Source: an uncultured virus (IMG/VR IMGVR_UViG_3300025009_000079)
Lineage: Duplodnaviria > Heunggongvirae > Uroviricota > Caudoviricetes
DNA length: 20,000 nucleotides
IMG/VR virus record: IMGVR_UViG_3300025009_000079
Strand: one strand, 5' to 3'
Shown here: positions 7,082 through 14,403 of the stretch, piece after piece
How the letters are laid out: each line of letters starts with the position of its first letter
Position numbering within the stretch: the stretch's first letter is position 1
The notes under the pieces: generated by a model
What the model was told of the DNA's origin: nothing
Database searches by the model: none
What the model saw: the letters and a program-made list of their open reading frames with translations, nothing else
Translations under genes and position numbers: made by a program

Positions 7082-7312
7082 ATGAATCCAGAGAAGCACG
7101 AAATCATAGAAGAACTGGCAGACGACTTCGGTAAATTCCGCAAGGATTATTCCGGGCGCGGAATGTACGGGGAAACGTGTGTTGGAATCGTGACGGGCGA
7201 CCCCACCGGATGTATCGAGGAGGCCGAAGCCCGTGGTGTGCGCGGGGCTGTCACCGACAGTATGGGACTGTCAATAATCGTGTACTGGCCGAAGGTGAAG
7301 TATCCCGATTAA
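7082..7312 (+). CDS. hypothetical phage protein (76 aa)
   Basis: AAGGAGG RBS; YSGRGMYGETCVGI...DSMGLSIIVYWP. Confidence 0.8.
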   Translation: MNPEKHEIIEELADDFGKFRKDYSGRGMYGETCVGIVTGDPTGCIEEAEARGVRGAVTDSMGLSIIVYWPKVKYPD

Positions 7313-7333
7313 CCCAAATAAGGAGGGCCTATC

Positions 7334-7687
7334 ATGACAGGATTTGATGTCTACCTCATCACCAGATGCGGGGCAATACAAGCGTTGTTCATTGTCGTGG
7401 CTATTGTAAGTGGGGTATTGGGAATCATCGCACTGGCGATAGAAGTCCTGGATGAGGACAATGAATTACCGCCACTAAAAAAATGGATAGCCGCTTCATG
7501 TATTATCTGTGGCATTTCGTCGGTGGGTGCTGTCTTGATGCCAGACACGAAAGAAGCCGCGGCAATCTACCTGCTGCCCAAAATAGCCAACAACGAACAG
7601 GTTGGCGCTATCCCGAGCAAAACATTAAGCGTCCTGGAAGGGAAGCTTGATGAGTGGATCAAAGATATGGGCAAGGATGACGATTAA
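7334..7687 (+). CDS. phage membrane protein (2 TM)
   Basis: Two hydrophobic segments followed by PDTKEAAAIYLLPKI. Confidence 0.8.
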   Translation: MTGFDVYLITRCGAIQALFIVVAIVSGVLGIIALAIEVLDEDNELPPLKKWIAASCIICGISSVGAVLMPDTKEAAAIYLLPKIANNEQVGAIPSKTLSVLEGKLDEWIKDMGKDDD

Positions 7688-7745
7688 CCCAAACAAGGAG
7701 GGCCATGGAGAATTTCTTGCAGTGATCCTGTGTTAGTTGATACAA

Positions 7746-7852
7746 GTGGATTTGATATTTTGTTGGGGGATCGGGACGCCGGTCAAGGTTCTTGCCCTTC
7801 TCGCAAGGACCACCCCAACATCCACAATCTTTCAACTGAGAAGGAGTTGAGA
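7746..7852 (+). ncRNA. C4/CI-antisense-like three-way-junction RNA plus RBS target hairpin
   Basis: P1 7761-7768/7813-7820 (plus 7746-7750/7821-7825); P2 7769-7784; P3 7787-7811 with loop CCTTCTC; target hairpin 7830-7852 with loop GAGAAGG. Confidence 0.65.
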
Positions 7853-8493
7853 TGTCAAACATTACCGTTAATGATCCCCGCTTCAAGCAGTATGGCCTAG
7901 TGCCAATTCGTTCAAATGTATGTGTATCAATTGACATTAATGCCACCAAATTGGTTTATGGTGATTGTGATAGGGAACAGAAGCATGTTCCTTGGTTCTC
8001 ATCAGATACGATGTCTCAAAGCAACGTACCTGGGATTGACTTTTATATAGAAAAGGAAGATGTTGACTTTCTGATTGCCAAATATCACAAGGACGTAACT
8101 GAGTCCATTAATGAAGTGCTAGATGAATGCGACAATTGCATCGAAACTGGATTACTAGAATACAGAAAGAAAAGAAAAAGAAATAGGACTTCTAAATTGA
8201 TATCTTCTGCCCTTTCTCCAACGAGACACGCAGGCCACATATATGTTATGCGGGCAGGCAACACATCCATGTTCAAAATTGGATACACAACAAGGTCTCC
8301 ACTGTCACGGATGCGTGATATTCAAACAAGTTGCCCGTATGAACTTGATCTCTATTCAGGGTTTGAAACCGATGACTGTCTTGTCTGTGAAGCTAGGATG
8401 CACGGAATTCTGTCTGAATATAGGACCATTGGAGAATGGTTTGATGCCGACACTGAAACAATAGATTCAGCTATTGATTCCATGTTCCGATAG
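7852..8493 (+). CDS. GIY-YIG superfamily (T5orf172/MUG113-like) domain protein
   Basis: GHIYVM...FKIGYTT...RMRDIQTSCP...EARMH...GEWF; visibly more AT-rich than its neighbours. Confidence 0.85.
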   Translation: MSNITVNDPRFKQYGLVPIRSNVCVSIDINATKLVYGDCDREQKHVPWFSSDTMSQSNVPGIDFYIEKEDVDFLIAKYHKDVTESINEVLDECDNCIETGLLEYRKKRKRNRTSKLISSALSPTRHAGHIYVMRAGNTSMFKIGYTTRSPLSRMRDIQTSCPYELDLYSGFETDDCLVCEARMHGILSEYRTIGEWFDADTETIDSAIDSMFR

Positions 8494-8516
8494 TGACGCT
8501 AAAAAGCGCTGTCGTG

Positions 8517-8557
8517 AAAAAACCAAAGCCCCCAAGGAACCGATTTTCCAAGGGGGC
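8517..8557 (-). terminator. intrinsic terminator of the minus-strand operon
   Basis: GCCCCC..GGAA..TTCC..GGGGGC stem followed by TTTGGTTTTTT on the minus strand, between convergent genes. Confidence 0.7.
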
Positions 8558-8616
8558 CAGCCTCACCACGTGAAGCCGCTCAAAGCCGCGTGGTGCCCGT
8601 CTGGTTCATTGCCTGG

Positions 8617-8832
8617 TTATGCACTGGTTTTCTCTCGCTTAACCCCGCAAAACGGGCAATAAGCCGCCACAATCGTGCGGGCTCGGCCCCGTTTCTTCTT
8701 CTCAACCTTTTCGGATGAGATCACGATATCCACCCACATTTGGGACATATCCTCAGATAAGCTGAGGGCGGTCCCGACTCGTGTATTGTATTGCGCCAAC
8801 TGAGCATCCACCTTCTCTAAACACTCACACAT
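8617..8832 (-). CDS. small Zn-binding phage protein
   Basis: MCEC...YCPFCG; GAGGGGAG RBS. Confidence 0.75.
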   Translation of the reverse strand: MCECLEKVDAQLAQYNTRVGTALSLSEDMSQMWVDIVISSEKVEKKKRGRARTIVAAYCPFCGVKREKTSA

Positions 8833-8876
8833 CTTCTCTCCCCTCGCGGCCTAACGTGGCGATAACCCGCGCCGGC

Positions 8877-9038
8877 CTACTCCGACCCACGCAGCACATC
8901 GGACGTGCTGGCCCTCACGGGACACCCGGTCTCGGTGCAATCCCGAACCATCTCCCAAAACCAGCACTCCCCGACATCAACGCCGATTGCCTTTCGCCAC
9001 GGGCAGTGCAGCCAATTTACCAGGACCTTCCACGCCAT
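8877..9038 (-). CDS. small Cys/Trp-rich hypothetical protein
   Basis: ATG 9038 coupled (TGATG) to the upstream stop. Confidence 0.5.
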   Translation of the reverse strand: MAWKVLVNWLHCPWRKAIGVDVGECWFWEMVRDCTETGCPVRASTSDVLRGSE

Positions 9039-9526
9039 CACCAATCCCCCAAAATACCCACCAAAGCATTCCCGTCCTTTCTCCGCAGAATACAAAACCC
9101 GTGGCGAATCCACTCGTCCCGTTCATCATCGGTCATATCGCGCTCCAATTTGTGGATTCGGCGCATCTGGTGGGTACGCTTGCTAATAGCTAATTGTCTG
9201 GCTGGGTCCGGCCTCGGCATCTCGCACAATGGACATGCGTCTTGATCCGGCCCCATGTGGATTCCACAGCGGGAGCACGGGTGCAAAGATTGGTCGATAA
9301 TTCCTCTGAGCGTGGTCGGCTCCACGTCGCCCGGTGCATTAAAATCCTTTCGACAGTCCCGGCAGTACCCCGAGTCGTCAACCTGCCTGTTTTTACCGCA
9401 CCGTGGGCACATTGCAAACGTCATGGCGTATGATGGTTTGTCGATTTTGGCTGTTCTCTCATACTGGATTCGGCCCGGCTCCGCGTCGCTCGGTGCGTTG
9501 AGTTCTTTTTGATCCTGACACATCAA
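9038..9526 (-). CDS. Zn-ribbon hypothetical protein with internal duplication
   Basis: Two CxxC pairs; NAPSDAEP and NAPGDVEP repeats; GAGGAGG RBS. Confidence 0.65.
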   Translation of the reverse strand: MMCQDQKELNAPSDAEPGRIQYERTAKIDKPSYAMTFAMCPRCGKNRQVDDSGYCRDCRKDFNAPGDVEPTTLRGIIDQSLHPCSRCGIHMGPDQDACPLCEMPRPDPARQLAISKRTHQMRRIHKLERDMTDDERDEWIRHGFCILRRKDGNALVGILGDW

Positions 9527-9735
9527 AAATCCTCCTCATACACCCCATCGTCAATGACATGTAGGGCATCCATGACCGCCGTAACCTCGGAATCCCTTGG
9601 CGAGATCGATCCTTCCGCCCCGAGCTTTGTCAGCATCCGGTTAATGGCGTGGTACAGTGGCTTCCACGAGCGGTTGCTCAGTGGATGATCTGTTCTTGGC
9701 GTTGTCGCTTTCTCCAGGTCTAGCCCTTCAAACAT
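9523..9735 (-). CDS. hypothetical protein (70 aa)
   Basis: GGAGGT RBS; stop overlaps the next start. Confidence 0.7.
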   Translation of the reverse strand: MFEGLDLEKATTPRTDHPLSNRSWKPLYHAINRMLTKLGAEGSISPRDSEVTAVMDALHVIDDGVYEEDF

Positions 9736-9754
9736 TTTGTCCTACCTCCATCCA

Positions 9755-9877
9755 TCACCACGTGTCAATCTCAACCTGAAACCCAAGCCATGCAACGATG
9801 CACTCACCGAGCCCGGTGATAATCTTGGGCCTCAGTCTCCAATAACCGGGCTTCCAGTAGAACGTAAAGCTGATCAA
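9755..9877 (-). CDS. small hypothetical protein (40 aa, TTG start)
   Basis: Perfect TAAGGAGGT RBS before TTG; MISFTFYWKPGYWRL... Confidence 0.5.
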   Translation of the reverse strand: MISFTFYWKPGYWRLRPKIITGLGECIVAWLGFQVEIDTW

Positions 9878-10005
9878 TTCCAACCTCCTTAATGCAATGT
9901 GTCACCAGCGCCCCGTGGTTGATTTCCAAAAGTCACCGTGTAGGATTTTACGTTTTTACCCCTTGCGTCGATTCACGGGCAAATTTCGAGCCTTCTGATG
10001 GCATT

Positions 10006-10446
10006 TTAATCGTTGAGCGCAACTATCGAAATCAACATACCGGGACGCTCTCCATCCCTCACGTACCGCTTTTCAATCTGACCCTCACATACCTGGCAGT
10101 CATCCCGCCACATGCCGAGCTGAGTGAGGACATCGAGCACCGCTTTGTCTAAATTATCACGGTCGGGCCGGCCAGTGTGAAAAGCCGGAGCATCCAGCCT
10201 CAACTGGTCAGAGTGTTTCCCGGTCCGATAGTGCCCCTTGATCCGCGGGAAGCGAAAACATGCACTCACTGAGACCGGTCCCTCAATCGGCTTATCCGGG
10301 AGATGCTTCCGCGCCTCGATAGCCACGAGGGCTTTCCAGTCATCGGCCGAATGATCTGGATGAATGGAGGCGTGTTTCCCGCGGATAAATGCTCTGCCTC
10401 GCGGCTGGCCCTTCGGGATTCCGATCACGTCGAAGTCAATGCTCAT
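10006..10446 (-). CDS. rusA: RusA family Holliday junction resolvase
   Basis: PKGQPRGR...RPDRDNLDKAVLDVL...WRDDCQV...KRY; ATG 10446 with GGAGG RBS. Confidence 0.92.
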   Translation of the reverse strand: MSIDFDVIGIPKGQPRGRAFIRGKHASIHPDHSADDWKALVAIEARKHLPDKPIEGPVSVSACFRFPRIKGHYRTGKHSDQLRLDAPAFHTGRPDRDNLDKAVLDVLTQLGMWRDDCQVCEGQIEKRYVRDGERPGMLISIVALND

Positions 10447-10577
10447 TAGATCTTTCCTCCCCATCTCAAAAGATACCGCATCATCCCCATGGCGACCAGG
10501 CACGTTTGCGGGTCGTTGGTGCAGCGGCCTTCAGCTTGTTTGTGGCAGTGGATTTGGTGTTTTTTTAGGGGGCACAT
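10446..10577 (-). CDS. small Cys/His-rich protein (43 aa, not in ORF track)
   Basis: GGGAG RBS; MCPLKKHQIHCH...; TAATG coupling to rusA. Confidence 0.55.
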   Translation of the reverse strand: MCPLKKHQIHCHKQAEGRCTNDPQTCLVAMGMMRYLLRWGGKI

Positions 10578-10579
10578 GC

Positions 10580-10771
10580 TTATCTCCCGTCGTGCGCGTC
10601 ATAACACACCTTGCAGACCGTTCGGCAAAATGGAGAATCCCAATTAATTTCCCCCTCAAAAAACGGAAGCCCATATTCCTCGTAAACCTCCAGACCACAC
10701 AGGGCACAATCTGCCGTTTGTCGATCCAGCTGGATAATCTGCCAAATTCCGTGTTTCTTTAGGGGGCACAC
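10580..10771 (-). CDS. small Zn-finger protein (63 aa)
   Basis: CALC...CKVC; AAGGAG RBS, GTG start. Confidence 0.6.
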   Translation of the reverse strand: MCPLKKHGIWQIIQLDRQTADCALCGLEVYEEYGLPFFEGEINWDSPFCRTVCKVCYDAHDGR

Positions 10772-10773
10772 GG

Positions 10774-11352
10774 CTACTCCTTGCTCTCAATTTGGAGCCT
10801 GTCAGCAATTCCAACTTTCACCACTTCATCCCCCGTGATTTGCCCATACTCATCCCCAAGATATGAAATCATGTTTCGATTGGAGTTGTTCGCTCTGTGG
10901 ATTCCAGTTAAGAGGCCCGGTGACTTACTCATTGACGCCGGGAGTCCGTTATAGATTTTCATGAAGTCCTTTCGCTTCCACTCCAGATCATCCACGAGCC
11001 ATTCACCGGATTGAATCCATCCACCCATCAACTCGATGGTTCGCGCTATTCTGCCATCCTGAAACTCGACGGTTCGATACACTCCATGCCGACCCATCGC
11101 CTCCATATATTGTTGCCACGCTAAAAGAGCGGGATCTCCCACTTCTCCACGCATCAGTTCGACAAGCTCCCCTGATTGGGGAAATCCAAAGAACTTACGA
11201 TGAAAAGGAATTTCAAGAGCTTTCACTGCGTCATCAAAAGACAATTCTTTAAGCAACGCCTCCCGATACATTGCGGCAAAGAACGTGCTCGGCTCCTTCC
11301 CCCACATCTCACATAAGGCGCAAAACCGCTGATCTAGGGCGTCAAGCTCCAT
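10774..11352 (-). CDS. DUF6475-like replication accessory (putative helicase loader/inhibitor)
   Basis: GVYRTVEFQDGRIARTIELMGGW...RKDFMKIY motif; directly downstream of the initiator. Confidence 0.65.
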   Translation of the reverse strand: MELDALDQRFCALCEMWGKEPSTFFAAMYREALLKELSFDDAVKALEIPFHRKFFGFPQSGELVELMRGEVGDPALLAWQQYMEAMGRHGVYRTVEFQDGRIARTIELMGGWIQSGEWLVDDLEWKRKDFMKIYNGLPASMSKSPGLLTGIHRANNSNRNMISYLGDEYGQITGDEVVKVGIADRLQIESKE

Positions 11353-12217
11353 CGCGATTCTCCCTCAGTTTTTTGGCCTCCAAGCATGCCCTAATGGCTG
11401 CATTTCCACAATCACTCATTGTATCAACATATCCAGTTGGCTTGTGTCGTGAATAGTTGCCATTTAATACCTTGCTCATGCTCTCTTTTTTTACCAACCA
11501 TCCAAGGTTTGCAACCCACTTGCGGTCATTTTGTCCTAAAAGAAATGGCATGTTGGAAACGTCCAAAAAGAACTCTTTCCACCAATTAAGATCCCGTCGG
11601 TTCTTGTCCTCGTCCCATCTGGCTTTCAGATTTTTAGTGTTTACGTCGCCCCACACCCTAACCGATGGCAATGAAGGCAATAGAGCGTGGTAAAGTTCGA
11701 TGATTTTCTTGTGTGGGCAACCTGACCTTGACGCCGCTGAACGGCAACTTCCCGGACTATACAGATTCTCATGGTCTTCATGGTTTTCATGGTCTTCATG
11801 GTCCTTTGTGTTACTTGGTTGTTCCTTGGTTGTTACTTGGTTGTTACTTGGTTGTCCTGTTGGTTGTTCTTGTGAATCCGATAACTCTGCATAACTGCGC
11901 CAATTTATTACAGTAATTATGCTGTAATGGATGTTATTTTGGATGTTAACATTTCCTATCTTTTCTAATTTCAAGAGCCTCTTGTACGTCGATATTGGTT
12001 TCTGCTTCAAAATGTGTGCAACTGTATTACGCCCGAAAAGTAATTGCCCGACATCCAAAAAAACTTCCGTTTCTGCTCTCCCAGTAGATACATGAACCCA
12101 CCCTGGTTTGCTTCTGGCATGAAGGAGAATGTAGGACCAGAGGTGCCACAATGCGGCATCCCTGAAAACTTGGCTATCTCTGCTTTTCCTCCACAGCGGA
12201 ACAAAACCGCGATCCAT
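11342..12217 (-). CDS. phage replication initiator (lambda O-analogous)
   Basis: N-terminal GFVPLWRKS..LWSYILLHA winged-helix-like domain, low-complexity repeat linker, C-terminal FLLGQNDRKWVANLGWL..KVLNGNY. Confidence 0.8.
   Translation of the reverse strand: MDRGFVPLWRKSRDSQVFRDAALWHLWSYILLHARSKPGWVHVSTGRAETEVFLDVGQLLFGRNTVAHILKQKPISTYKRLLKLEKIGNVNIQNNIHYSIITVINWRSYAELSDSQEQPTGQPSNNQVTTKEQPSNTKDHEDHENHEDHENLYSPGSCRSAASRSGCPHKKIIELYHALLPSLPSVRVWGDVNTKNLKARWDEDKNRRDLNWWKEFFLDVSNMPFLLGQNDRKWVANLGWLVKKESMSKVLNGNYSRHKPTGYVDTMSDCGNAAIRACLEAKKLRENRDGA
11769..11972. other. putative phage replication origin (iterons plus AT-rich tract) inside the initiator gene
   Basis: 4x 9-bp TCATGGTYY (11769-11804); 4x 11-bp TGTTMCTTGGT (11809-11852) plus a degenerate copy; AT-rich tract at about 11900-11972. 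Confidence 0.7.
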
Positions 12218-12223
12218 ATCGCC

Positions 12224-12565
12224 TCATGCTTTCTTGTGTGTGGCTAATAGTTTGGAAATAAAACCGTAAAGCAGAGCACCAATTTCAGGGTAATAAACAG
12301 GAGGGGCATGCGACAAAATAGTCAGTATGTGCTGTTGCATCTCAGAGGCCCAACAATGGCAATTCTCACAAAGGCAATGAAGCATTTGATCCTCATATTC
12401 CCACGAACTTAAGCCTCTCAGATATGCGCCATGATGAATATGGAGGGTTGATGTTGTGTCTCCGCATCTATCACATGCGAATCTGGACACTTGCATCCGC
12501 CGTAATCTACACTTTTGCCACCGAGGATCTTTGAGAAGTTCAAAATAGGTAGGCTTCTTACTCAT
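12224..12565 (-). CDS. HNH-like endonuclease domain protein
   Basis: YFELLKDPRWQK.R...CDRCG...LHIHH...WEY...LCENCH. Confidence 0.8.
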   Translation of the reverse strand: MSKKPTYFELLKDPRWQKCRLRRMQVSRFACDRCGDTTSTLHIHHGAYLRGLSSWEYEDQMLHCLCENCHCWASEMQQHILTILSHAPPVYYPEIGALLYGFISKLLATHKKA

Positions 12566-12711
12566 GGCTCACTCCATGCAACAAAACGACAGCAAAACGC
12601 AGGACTGACCGACGCTCTACGGTTTGGGAGTCCAGGCGAGAGGCAAGGATGTAGCGCGCCCCGTGATCTTTTGATTCCACGGTCCCTGGCTTTGCTGTCG
12701 ATTTCTTTCAT
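12562..12711 (-). CDS. putative leader ORF (49 aa) spanning the structured RNA
   Basis: GGGGAG RBS before ATG 12711; ATGA overlap with the HNH-like gene. Confidence 0.35.
   Translation of the reverse strand: MKEIDSKARDRGIKRSRGALHPCLSPGLPNRRASVSPAFCCRFVAWSEP
12587..12700 (-). ncRNA. C4/CI-antisense-like structured RNA
   Basis: Closing stem CGACAGCAAA/TTTGCTGTCG; arms CCGTG..CACGG and GGCGC-G-CTAC..GTAG-A-GCGTC; 30-nt pyrimidine-rich loop containing GGACTCCC. Confidence 0.6.
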
Positions 12712-12755
12712 GGATTCGGACTCCCCTTTTCGCCAGGCGTCACCCCAGCACAGCC

Positions 12756-12784
12756 AATCTACCCCCACCCGTTATCCGTGTCAA
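12756..12784 (-). promoter_or_regulatory. sigma70 promoter upstream of the replication module
   Basis: TTGACA-17 bp-TAGATT. Confidence 0.75.
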
Positions 12785-12793
12785 CGCGATTTC

Positions 12794-13180
12794 TCACATC
12801 GGCAACTGTTGCATATTTTGCAACGGTTCACCGTGCTTAAACCCGGTCCTCTGGTGATATTCCCTCAAGCATTCCCGCATGTCCTCACCGGGCGTCAGGC
12901 AATACCCAGCCGCCGTGAGGTTGAGATAGATTTCCCCGCAATCGGAGCACATCCACAAAGACGACATGGGTACGGTGTCCCCATATATATTCATTTCCAC
13001 GGTCGAGAGCGGGGCACGTTCGCGCGAGAACTCCAAGCACTCGGCCCCCAGGTCAATCAAAACCGTACAACTCGAGCACCTACGCCGCCGCTTGGTTTTG
13101 AGCTGCACAAAATCGTCAGGGCCGTAAAAGCACCATCCGCTCTCGCCGTCCCACTCTCCGCAACTGCACGATAGTCCCAT
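12794..13180 (-). CDS. Cys-rich hypothetical phage protein
   Basis: ATG 13180 coupled (TAATG) with GGAGGGAG RBS; CSC, CSSC, CSDC. Confidence 0.75.
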   Translation of the reverse strand: MGLSCSCGEWDGESGWCFYGPDDFVQLKTKRRRRCSSCTVLIDLGAECLEFSRERAPLSTVEMNIYGDTVPMSSLWMCSDCGEIYLNLTAAGYCLTPGEDMRECLREYHQRTGFKHGEPLQNMQQLPM

Positions 13181-13641
13181 TATGCCGTCTCCCTCCAAAG
13201 TTTTTCCAAAATCACCAACCCGCCCTTGCTTTGTCCGCAACGGCTCCAACCCGCGCACAAAAAGCAATATCCTGGATTGACGCTCTGTATCTTTTGGGGA
13301 TTTATATATGTGTAGAACCGTTCTCTGGGCCATTTGTGCCGAGCCCATTGCTCAGCATCCAGGATGAGATCCGAAGAGCGCAAGCCGCTCTCATTTCGAA
13401 ACACGGCACAGTTCACGCCGTCTTGCCCATCGCCGGAAATGAATTTGCGCCAAACGAAAAGGGCCGAATAGTCAGGCAGTATGAGCATGATGTATTCGCC
13501 GGGGCCAACTATTTTGTGAGGCGTTCGACCGTCACGATAATGGCGCTTGGAGTAATGACGCCCATGGATAGGAAGCACTCCCGGGTCTCCATCGCGCGTC
13601 CTGACCCATACGGTCTTAGCAGCATTCCCGAGCTGTATCAT
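13180..13641 (-). CDS. Mom-like (GNAT-fold) putative DNA modification protein
   Basis: RHYS...FRNE...SSDLI...FYTYINP...NPGYCFLCAGW resembles Mom/XF1762-type motifs; ATG 13641 with GGAGGGAG RBS. Confidence 0.55.
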   Translation of the reverse strand: MIQLGNAAKTVWVRTRDGDPGVLPIHGRHYSKRHYRDGRTPHKIVGPGEYIMLILPDYSALFVWRKFISGDGQDGVNCAVFRNESGLRSSDLILDAEQWARHKWPRERFYTYINPQKIQSVNPGYCFLCAGWSRCGQSKGGLVILEKLWRETA

Positions 13642-13850
13642 GCCGTCTCCCTCCGAACCATCTTGGCGCGAATACCACCACGCCATTTCTCAACGATCCG
13701 AGCCTGTATTGAGGCCATCATTGCATCCTGGTCAGCACATCCAGACGCCCAATAATCCACGGCGGCGCGCTTGGCCGCCCAATGGCTACGAGCGTTTATC
13801 GTGATAGTCGCCAGCCCGAGAGTCACCCTCCAATGTGATGCCATCACCAC
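13638..13850 (-). CDS. hypothetical protein (70 aa)
   Basis: Overlaps both neighbours; ends RETA* like the downstream gene. Confidence 0.55.
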   Translation of the reverse strand: MVMASHWRVTLGLATITINARSHWAAKRAAVDYWASGCADQDAMMASIQARIVEKWRGGIRAKMVRRETA

Positions 13851-14050
13851 AACCCCTTGTCTTCAGCAAGCCACTCCGGAATGTCGAGGTCCAGGATGTC
13901 GCCGAGCTTAAGAGAGTCCCAATCGTCCTCGTCATTCTCGATCTTGCTCTTGGGAATCCATGCTTCCTCGTCGCCATCCTTCACGAGTACGGCGCCGGCT
14001 GTATGGGTGATAAATTCCACGGACACGGTTATTGGGTCATTTCTTGCCAT
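13844..14050 (-). CDS. small acidic phage protein
   Basis: TAGAVLV...WIPKSKI...IPEWLAEDKGL. Confidence 0.75.
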   Translation of the reverse strand: MARNDPITVSVEFITHTAGAVLVKDGDEEAWIPKSKIENDEDDWDSLKLGDILDLDIPEWLAEDKGLW

Positions 14051-14150
14051 TCTTTGCCCTTTCGACTTCAATCGCCAACTTCGCAGCACGCACGAACCTC
14101 CGGCACTCGACCAGAACGGCTTGCAGGGCTTCTGTTTGGGATTTTCTCAT
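14037..14150 (-). CDS. small hypothetical protein (37 aa)
   Basis: GAGGA RBS, ATGA coupling; MRKSQTEALQAVLVEC... Confidence 0.45.
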   Translation of the reverse strand: MRKSQTEALQAVLVECRRFVRAAKLAIEVERAKNGKK

Positions 14151-14362
14151 GGCTCAGTCCTCTCAATAAACGGATCGGAAACCATCTCCAAATCAAACGC
14201 CCTTGAGATGGCTTCCGCCGTCTGCCTGGTCATGGACTCGGCAATGAAGTGGTTGCCTCCATAGTATTTCGCCGTTGCCGGCAAAAGCTCATGCGTCAAA
14301 CCCTCGACGACGCGATCTGTCACCAGCGCTCCGCCTGGGCCGTAGTAGCTGCGTGTTTTCAT
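14147..14362 (-). CDS. hypothetical protein (71 aa)
   Basis: AAGGAGGGG RBS; YYGGNHFIAESM. Confidence 0.7.
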   Translation of the reverse strand: MKTRSYYGPGGALVTDRVVEGLTHELLPATAKYYGGNHFIAESMTRQTAEAISRAFDLEMVSDPFIERTEP

Positions 14363-14403
14363 ATCCCCTCCTTGGGCCGGTCGTGGAGACCCGGCCGTTT
14401 GTG

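Larger units (their letters stand above)
7050..7702 (+). repeat. gene-junction repeat CGAY-TAA-CCCARAYAAGGAGGG (7050-7071, 7306-7327, 7681-7702; partial at 6177-6187)
   Basis: Direct alignment of three consecutive stop/RBS junctions. Confidence 0.85.

Noticed and set aside
3826..7702. Canonical integron with attC sites
   Set aside because: No paired RYYYAAC/GTTRRRY boxes and no tyrosine integrase in the window; the resemblance is only architectural
7746..7825. tRNA gene
   Set aside because: Only two arms, with no T-loop GTTCRA, D-loop GG or anticodon geometry
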